Origin: Octopus vulgaris
Taxonomy: Eukaryota
DNA: 64,000 nt
Direction of reading: 5' to 3'
NCBI GenBank assembly: GCA_951406725.2
Contig: OX597817.1
Coordinates: 87,978,001-88,042,000, forward strand
Both the position numbers and the translations under genes were made by a program. A model generated the notes under the pieces. That model did not search any database. It saw only the letters and a program-made list of their open reading frames with translations, and was not told the origin of the DNA. Shown here one piece after another: positions 53,001-62,796 of this stretch (position 1 is the first letter of the stretch; each line of letters begins with the position of its first letter).

Positions 53001-56000
53001 GTAGCCTGCAGAAGGGTATCATAAAAGTTGTCCTTCTGATCATTTGGTAGTCCCGCTTGTGGGGCATAGGCTGAGATAATCATAGCTGTGCCACTCTGTA
53101 GGACCAACCTGAGCTTAAGCACTCTATCACAAACCCTGACAACCTCTATGACCTTATCCACCCATTCCTCCGCAAGGAGAATGCCTACACCCCCTACACC
53201 TTCCGCGTTACCTTGCCAGTAGAGTTTGTACCTAAGTGCCTTGCCCGTGAGGACCCTAGCCGAAGCATCTCTCCATCTTACCTCTTGTATGCAGCATACA
53301 TCAACCTGTCTTCTCTCTAGCATCTCTACAATCTCACTAGACTTGCCTGTCAATGTACCAACATTGATAGTGCCAACTCTGAAAACTGGGAAGGAGATGT
53401 GGGGGGGACGGGGGGATTCAGCGCCTGAGAAGAGGAGGGTTGTTGTGGTGGTGATAGTTTTCGTGGTATTTTTCTTTTGATCTCTCTTCCAACCTGACCA
53501 CGCCGTGGGCAGGAGCTGGTGTTAGCAGTGGACATTCGTTATCGTCACTGAGTAACATAATTAGGTAGAGGAAAGAAATACAGATATTCTAGAGTTGAGT
53601 TGGGAGGGGGGGTCCAGTTGAGGCGGGTAATATAGGGGAGCAACCAGTGGGGAAGGTTGGGGTAAGGAGGAACGATGGCAGGAAGGGTTGGTGTAGGTTC
53701 GTAAGAAATAAAAACGTAGGATATTACGAGGCGGGAGGGTACTAAAAGGGGATGGTCGGATTGAGGCAGTGTCAGGAGGAAGCGTAAGATCGGTGGGCAG
53801 TTGATGAGCTATGGCGCTAGCAGCTTGTCTTTTCACAGTGAAAGCATATGAGGAGAAGGGGTAGTGGGGGGAGGAGGAGGGAGTAGGGCGTATCCGGTGT
53901 AGATGAGTAGGGCGTATCCGGTGTAGATGGTGAGAACAGGGTATACTGGTATTGGTGGTGGGGGTGAGAACAGTGTTCACCGGTATTGGTGGTGGCGGTG
54001 AGAACAGTGTTCACCGGTATTGGTGGTGGGGGTGAGAACAGTGTTCACCGGTATTGGTGGTGGGGGTGAGAACAGTGTTCACCGGTATTGGTGGTGGGGG
54101 TGAGAACAGTGTTCATCGGTATAATGGGGGGGGGCGGGCGCACCGCCAATGGCGGAAAGATGGGAAAAGATGGGATTACGGCTTGAGGTAGCCTAAGGTT
54201 AAATTTCGTAGAGAGAGAGATAGGAAAGATAAATCAAGTTATGGCGAAGGCTTGAAAGTAGCCTAAAAGGTTAAATTTTCGTAGTGAGTGAGATGGGTAA
54301 GACGAATCAAGTTATCAATGTATGAATAAACGTAGTAACAACGAATAAAAATAGTAAGATAAATTTTTAAGAACTTGCTGCGGGCATCGACCGGGAGTTG
54401 AAATTGAAGAAGAAGAAAGTAAGTTGAATTGGGAATTTAAATTGCAGAATCGTAATGGTAATGGCGATTTTCAAGTTTTAGCATAAGAAGAAGAAGAGGA
54501 GGAAAGACCGCCAATGGCGGAAAGATGGGAAAAGATGGGATTACGGCTTGAGGTAGCCTAAGGTTAAATTTCGTAGAGAGAGAGATAGGAAAGATAAATC
54601 AAGTTATGGCGAAGGCTTGAAAGTAGCCTATTTATATATATTATTATCTTCTGCAATACAAGGCAAACTTATGAAATTCAAGGCAAACCGAATACAGAAA
54701 GCATCATTAATACTTCAGTATTGCATTTCATCTAAAATATATATGCTCAGATATTAAACAAATCTTGCTCCAATCATTAAAAGATTTGAAGAGGAAATGA
54801 TTTCTGAACCCAAGCAATGTTAGGGAGGGTTAAGGGGCAGACACTTACACCTTGTTACTAATAAAATCAATTCAAATTGGAATTTAGAAGTTCTCTTCAA
54901 AGTGACTGACACACTGAAGAGTGTCTTTAATGATGAAATGCCATTATTTTATGGTATTGCTTAAATCAGACAAAAAGTGATCAATATTTTATTTATTCCA
55001 CCAATTATTATTTGTAAATATGAAAAACGAAAATTAACAAACCAAAGTTTGATAGTTCTGCAAATAAATTCATACAAGATTTACCTTAAATTTTACAGTT
55101 AAGAATATATAAAGTTTTTTAAAAAATATCAAAATGTTTATCATATGTAATACTAATGACAACTTTAATTAGAATAATCTTAAAAGTATAGAGTAAATAA
55201 CAGAACTCCCAGCATCTTTCACCCTTTACCTTGATCACTTTCTCCCCTGCATTTTCAATGTTTCTTCTTCACATATAACTCACTGCATTTCTTTATCCAG
55301 CACTCATTGTCCATTTATTTACTTCATATTATATAATTACATTACAAGCAATCTCAATAAGAAACTGACAATTATATTCAATCCACATGAATGAAAGAGG
55401 AAAAAAAGATTTCCTATATGAATTCCCACTGAATATGAAGAACCACAGTAGTCTAAGCCAAAATAAAGGCAACCAGAGAGAAATATTTTGTCACTCATCA
55501 ATGCATTTATTTTTACCTTAAAAGAAGCATTGTTACTTACCAATTCAGGGCACTGGCAGACAAAAGCAGAAAAATTACATAATTTTTTATGTACTGAGAT
55601 CTTGAAAACATTATGAAAAAATTCACACCAAAGACCAGTATCTAAATATTTATGACTCCTACAGTAAGAGCTTCTTAGTATTCAAATTAGTCTGTAAATG
55701 CTTATTTATTCACATTGTTTTTAACTGATTGTGCATTATCTCATATCTACGAGAATTTGATGATGTAATTGTCTATTTTAAAATAACTCTGTAGGGTAGA
55801 CGTGAGAAACCAGATCTGGCCAGTTTGAACATAGAATATGTAGAATATTTTGGGGTGGATATGGCCAGTTTAAATACTGAAGGGTTAAAGATGCTATTAA
55901 TAGGAAAATTGTCTCCTTAAGATAACTATGGAAGTAAATAAAAGTGATTTTTGGATAGATGGAAGCAGAAATTTGAGAATTTTCAATCCACAGAAATTTT

Positions 56001-59000
56001 GGAATTTTTTAAAGAATGCTATCAATATTGAGAGGCACAGGAGTGGCTGTGAGTTAAGTGGCTTGCTTACCAACCACATGGTTCCGGGTTCAGTCCCACT
56101 GCGTGGCACCTTGGGCGAGTGCCTTCTACTATAGCCTTGGGCCGACCAAAGCCTTGTGAGTGAATTTGGTAGACGGAAACTGAAAGAAGCCCGTCGTATA
56201 TATGTATATATATGTATGTGTGTGCGTATATGTTTCTGTGTCTATGTTTGTCCCCCCAACATTGCTTGACAACCGATGCTGGTGTGTTTATGTCCCTGTA
56301 ACTTAGTGGTTCGGCAAAAGAGACCGATAGAATAAGTACTAGTCTTATGAAGAATAAGCCCTGGAGTTGATTTGCTCGACTAAAGGCGGTGCTCCAGCAT
56401 GGCCACAGTCAAATGATTAAAACACATAAAAGGATAAAAGAGCAATATAACTCAGTCCTCTTCAGCACTACACAGCAGGTTTGGTTTGGTTTGGTTTGGT
56501 TTGGTGTGGTGTGGTGTGGTTTGGTTTGGTTTGGTCTGGTTTAGTTGGTAGCACTTTTGAGGAAAACAGTTGAAACTGTTGTTGTTTAACCACAGATCAG
56601 TAAACTATGATCAAAAGCTTTCTAACCATGACAGTGCAGACTTTACATACATCTAGGACTACATTATAGTATTCAATGTGTTTATTGTTATAACACAGTT
56701 GTGGTATGATTTGAGAGAGAGAGTTAACTCTCTCAGTGTAGTAAATATGTAAAAACAAATGAAGTACAATGAACTCACTCTTGATTTTCTATCAAATATT
56801 GTCCCTGATTATAAAACATGGGCACGCAATGTCCAATGATATGTATAACAGCTTTGGTATAGTATAAGCTGTTCAGTTTGGAGAGTAAGGGGATTCCATG
56901 AGTAATGAACTCAGCAACACTGAAATCAAGAAAAGAAAATGATTTAACAATAAAAATATTTTTCATAAACAACAATATACATAAAAAAATAATTTCTAAT
57001 GGGTATTTCAGATTTAGTTTGTAAAATACTATTTTTCAATAAGAACGTAGAAAAAGAATCTTTCCAATGATGAATGATTCATCATCATCATCATCATCAT
57101 TATCATTTAACATCTGTTTTCCATGCTAGCATGGGTTGGATGGTTTGACTGAGGTCTGGAGAGCCAGTGGCTGCACCAGGCTCCAATCTGATCTGGCGAT
57201 GTTTCTACAGCTGGATGCCCTTCCTAACGCCAACCACTCCTAGAGTGTAATGGATGCTTTCTACCTGCCACCGGCACAGGAGCCAGTCGGGCAGACCTGG
57301 CATCAATCACGTTCAGATAGTGCTTTTTACGTGCCACCAGCATGGGAGGCGGGGGCTACAACAGAATATCACAAAAGTGATCCTTCTGTTCATTTTGTAG
57401 GCCCGCTTGTGGGGTGTAGGCAGAGATAATTGTAGCTATACAATTCTGCAAGACTAGCCTGAGTTTAAGTACTCTATCATACAACCTCACTACCTCTATG
57501 ACCTTATCCACCCATTTCTCTGCAAGAAGTATGCCCACACCAACTATTCCATCACTATTACCTTCCCAGAAGAGTTTATACCTATATGCTTTCTAATAAA
57601 TAAATTAATGATTTGAAAAGAAATAAGATTTGTAAAATGAGTCCTAATTACAACCCAAAATTCATTTCTTCATCAACTTCCACTTTTTGACCCAAATATG
57701 TTAGCTTTTTATCAGATAGTTCCTTCTTATGAACCTCTATTTCACCAGCATCATTTAATCTCTGATGATCATGATCAACATCATTGAATAATACCCATTT
57801 TTCCTTGCTTGCATGGGTCAGAGAGAACTTATTGAGACAGATTTTCTACAGCTTTTCCTCTCACCAACCCTCACCTGTTTTCAAGTAAGGTAATATTTCT
57901 CCAGGGCCACATGTTTATCACAGAAGACTGGAAACGAACAACATTTCTTGTATGACAGAAGGGAGAAGAGTTCAAACTACCAACACACTTTAACCAGTTC
58001 TTATAACTTCAAATTCAGGTTCGATAATATCAAATACATGTCAAGTTGCTTCTAAATATATAAGAAACTTATAAAGCCAATACTTACTCGTGTCCATATT
58101 TTGTCATGGTCATGGCAACGTACATTGCAATTGGGTTATCAACTTTTAATCCTTGTTGGACAGAAGCTAAAAATGTATCTTTTCTCAGTTCTGGAATATT
58201 ATCCATGTCCACTAAATTAGTGGAAGGCTCAAATGATGAAGGGCGTGGCAAGGTATCATTGTGGAGATGAAGCTTAAACACAAGTTCCCAAGCCCAGCTG
58301 CTGAACTGTTGTTCATTGGTTTGCTGCTGACGCACTACTAACGCCACCTGTGGTACACATGATAAAATTATGGTAATTATTTCAAATAAGTAGTTGCTAT
58401 ACATTATAACTATATTATTTTGAAAGAAATATTTATGATATTTTTTTACAAAGCAAAAAAACCTGCTTTCATGAAAAATTGAGGAGACTTTCAAAGAACC
58501 AATATAGGGAACCCTACCTGCTTAACACCTTCCATAAAGACTGAACCTAAGTGTTTGGATGTTATATAATTGTGATAAGCTTCAACTAATACACAAGCCA
58601 CATATTGATGGATCCAGAGAGGAAGAGCAAGATCTGTGTTCTGAAAAGAAAGCATATGAATAATTAATAGATATTGTTGAAAATAAAAAGCAGCTGATAA
58701 CAGTTTTAATTTTTCTCTGGTGGAGAAAAGGGAGAATTGGTTTGAATACCATAAATCCTCGAGTATAGTCCGCCCTTGAGTATAATACGCAGGGGATTTT
58801 TAGGCGGCTGTACCTCTGAAAAACCTAAACCTTGTGTATAATATGCACCACTTCTCTAACTTGAGTTGTGCGTAATTAAGCCAGCAGCACCTAGTCGAAC
58901 AAACACTTCCCCGCATGCATATTACAATAATGGGAATGTAAATATGTTTGCAAATTGTTTTTGTTACATGTTATTCTGTGTTCTGAATACTTTTATTTTA

Positions 59001-62000
59001 ATAAATGTTGCTTACTGCAAGTTATGGATGATTCTTTTATGATTTCATTGCTTTCAGGCTTAGCTTAAGGTATTTTTGTGCCCGACATCACAAAATGCGT
59101 CTGAATAAACATTGCCGAACAGCAAATAGAGACTCGAATATTGCTTAGAAAATATTTCTCATTTTTAACCTCGTATATAGTAAGCAATAGGGATTTTGAC
59201 CTTTAAATTTTGGGGAAAAAAGTGTGGATTATACTCGAGGATTTACGGTACTTGCATCAAATGAACAATTCTAAAGGTACAGAAAGCTCAGATGGTGGTG
59301 TTAAACTGGGCCCTAGATACCACATACTCAATTTCACTCATTAGGTTTGGACGAGCCAAAACTATGGTGGAAGTAACCTGCACGAAGTGCATGCAATGGT
59401 ACTGACCTACAAGCATGTGACTGTGTATCAAGCTAAATAACTACTCAGTCATGCATGTGGCCAAAATACATCAGTTTCTATTTTCTTTCTATTCACAAAT
59501 ATTTTTATATTGGTTTCAAACATTTGCACAAGGCCAGCAAGTTCAGCAAGAGAAGGTAAGTCAATTACATTGACCCCAGTGCTTAACTGGTACTTATTTT
59601 ATCGACCTTGAACGAATGAAAGACAAAACTGGCCCCGACACATTTGAGCACAAAGCATAAAAACAGACAAAATACTACTAAGCATTTTTGTCCAGGGCAA
59701 TAACAATTGTGCCAGCTCACTGCCTTCATAAATATTTTTATATTATCATTGTTGTTAAGGTGGCATGCTGGACAAAAGCTTAGCAGCATTTCTTCTGTGT
59801 TCAAATGCCACAGAGGTCAACTTCTCTCTCCCTTCAAATGTGCTGGCTTTGCACCAAAAGTTAGAAAGAATTATTATTATAATTGTTGCAAGATATTAAA
59901 GGAAATCCTACAGGATTGTCCAACAGCTCAATTTAACTTTTAAATCACCACTAAATACTTCCCTAGTCTCCAAAATAAGAACAACTTTCTCAATGATTTA
60001 ATATTCAGATGATCTTGTACACATTAGAGAAGAAGTGGACACATAGGTAGAATATCAATCAAATATTTCATATATTCTTAAAGTGAGTAGGTTTGTTTGC
60101 TTTTTTTTTAGTTTTTTTTTTTAGAGGGTATTAAAGGTTGATGCGTCTCATGTAACTAATTGGATTTTTTAAAAATTAAATTCATTTCAATCTAGATTGT
60201 TCAATAAAATATTTGAGAATAAAACAAAACAATAATTTTAAAATAAAATAAAAACAACAAAAATAATAATGCAAATTTTAGGAGAAAAATCGAATCAAAA
60301 ATATTTCATACCTCTTTATTAAGTCCCCAGTTCAGATTGGAAAGAATTGTTCGTCCCAGAAGGTGTTCTGTTGAACTAAGATCTGTACTCACTAACCAGG
60401 AGCGAAGAATAGCCAAATCTGCATTCTCCAACTGCCAGTCATACATGGGTAATTCTTTAAAAAGATATAGCGCCATCTGTCAAAAATAAAGAAAGAACTA
60501 TGTTTATGAATTACACACATAAGATTAGCACCTTTATTTTCCCTCCCTCCTTTCAATTCAGTCCAGTTTCTTAAAAACAATAAACAGTGACGATGATGTA
60601 TATATTCATTCTTAATACATTCTGATAGATTTAAACATGAATATGTTAATCACACCTACTCTTTTCAGATAATGTATGTTCAAGACAAGTCATTGAGGTA
60701 AGGGGACTTTGAGACACCGGAGGCTCTTGTTCATAGAATTCAGTAAAACAATTACCTGCTGATGCATTATCACTGAGCTGTTGAATCACCACTGCAATGT
60801 ACTAGGACAAACCAAGTTGATGAACACATCTTTCAGCACACTATGCTTATACAAGAGTACACAGTACTGCAAATTAAGACACTTGACAATTTTGCCTTAC
60901 TTCCTCTATTTAAAGCAGCTGATTCCCAACTCACAGTAACTATGGGCATATGAAAACTGTCTTGACATTGAATACACTGCTTCGCTGTAGACAAGACACG
61001 AACCACTGATCCTTTGGTTAGCAGTGCAGAACCCAATAAACTTAATTAACCAAAGCTCTCTCTAATCAGTAAAATGCACTGCCCTCTTACTATTCAGTCC
61101 TCCAGTGCAACATTTTGACCTGCTACAAAACAAATGCAATAAAAAGTATTGGTTCATCCCATAAATAATGCAGTTTTTTTTACACTTTTATTTTTCGAAA
61201 TTAAGATAAACTAAGTTCTTTTTTAATCTAAAATATACTCTTCTTCATTTTCTACCATGCTCTTCCATCTGTCCTCCAGTACTGTTCTGACCTCATCTAC
61301 AGAATTCATATTTTTTCCGTCCAAATGATTTTGAAGACTGCGGAATAAATGATAATCAGAAGGGGCAATGTCTGGCGAATATGGTGGGTGGGGCATCATT
61401 TCCCATTCAAACTGCTTCAGCCTTTGGAAAGTCATCCTCGCTGTATGTGACCAAGCATTATTCTAATGAAGGAACACCTTTCATCTTGAAACCAAAGATG
61501 TTCATTTATCTTCGAGTGCAGGTGTCGATAAATGGTTGAACAACCAAATCCAAGCTTCTCTGTTAGCTCTTCAGCAGTTACAATGGGAGTCTGTTCCACA
61601 GAGTTTACAGGACATCCTTGTCAAACTCTACAGATCTTCCAGGACAAAGCTTATCTTCTAGACTGTAGTTTCCAACTCTGAATTTCTGGAACCACAAATG
61701 ACACTGGCTCACACTTATTGTCTAATTCCCATATATTGCATTAATATTCCTTGCATTTTCTGTTCCATTGTTGCCATTATTGAACTCATAAAGCAAAATA
61801 TGCTGCATATGTTCCTTGTCACGTCCATTATAGCTTTGAAAAAAAAAACTGTTAAAATCAAACAGCAGTCTTCAAAATTGCACTAAGAATATGGAAAAGG
61901 TAAAATTACTACCTGCTTTTATAGTAAGTTGATGCAGGTAGTTTATCCCATCACCACCCAACTTTTAGCTCATGCAATTGAAAAAACCACATTATTTATG

Positions 62001-62752
62001 GAATGACCCAATACTAAGAGAAAATTTTTGATATATCAAAAGTTGGATAATGGTTTTTGTAAAGAATAACATGAATTTCAGTTGCTTCAAATTCTTTTGG
62101 AAAGGAAACCTTCACAAATGAAAACAGAGACATCAGGCTATTCTTTTATCTTTTATTTGTTTCATTCATTGGACTGCAGCCAAGCTGGGACACAACCTTG
62201 AAAGGTTTAGTTGCACAAATTGACTCCACTGTCTTATTGTTCTTAAGCTTGATACTTTTTTCTATTGGTAACTTTTGCCAAACTGCTAAGTTAGAGCAAT
62301 ATAAACAAACCAACACCAGTTGTTGAGTGTAGGTGGTGGACAAACAAAAATACACACACACATGTGGGGGAGAAGTGTTTTTGTGTGTGTGTGTAACAGA
62401 CGTCTTTTAGTTTCCATCTATCAAATCCACTCATGAGGCTTTGATCTGCCTAGGGCTGTAGTAGAAGACACTTGCCCAACATGGCATACAGTGGGACTGA
62501 ACCAAAGACCACATGGTAAGGAAACAAACTTCTTAACTACATAACCATGCCTGAAGCTTCTGTTAGAAAAATATATATAATCTAATCTTAGGCGCTGATG
62601 TGGTTGTGTAGTAAGAGACTTGCTTCACCACCACATTGCTCTTGGTTCAGTCCCACTGTGTGGAATCTTAGGCAAGTGTCTTCTACTATAGCCTCGGGAC
62701 AACCAAAGCCTTGTGAGTGGATTTGGTAGGCAAAAACTGAAAGAAGCCTGTC

Positions 62753-62796
<44 letters not shown>

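Larger units (their letters stand above)
49965..54630 (-). mobile_element. near full-length RTE-clade LINE (APE endonuclease + RT + embedded PHD finger), (GAT)n 3' tail, repeat-rich 5' region
   Basis: Endonuclease motifs ([25 protein letters not shown]) and RT motifs ([45 protein letters not shown]), C-terminal [10 protein letters not shown], tail at 49965-50008, GC-rich relative to flanks. 5' boundary is uncertain. Confidence 0.93.

Noticed and set aside
53929-54122. CRISPR-like array of 34-bp palindromic repeats
   Set aside because: Units are contiguous with no unique spacers, the context is eukaryotic and intronic, and there are no cas genes
54142-54630. LTR retroelement suggested by the identical 124-bp direct repeats
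   Set aside because: No TG..CA termini, PBS, PPT or TSD; better explained as a partial tandem repeat
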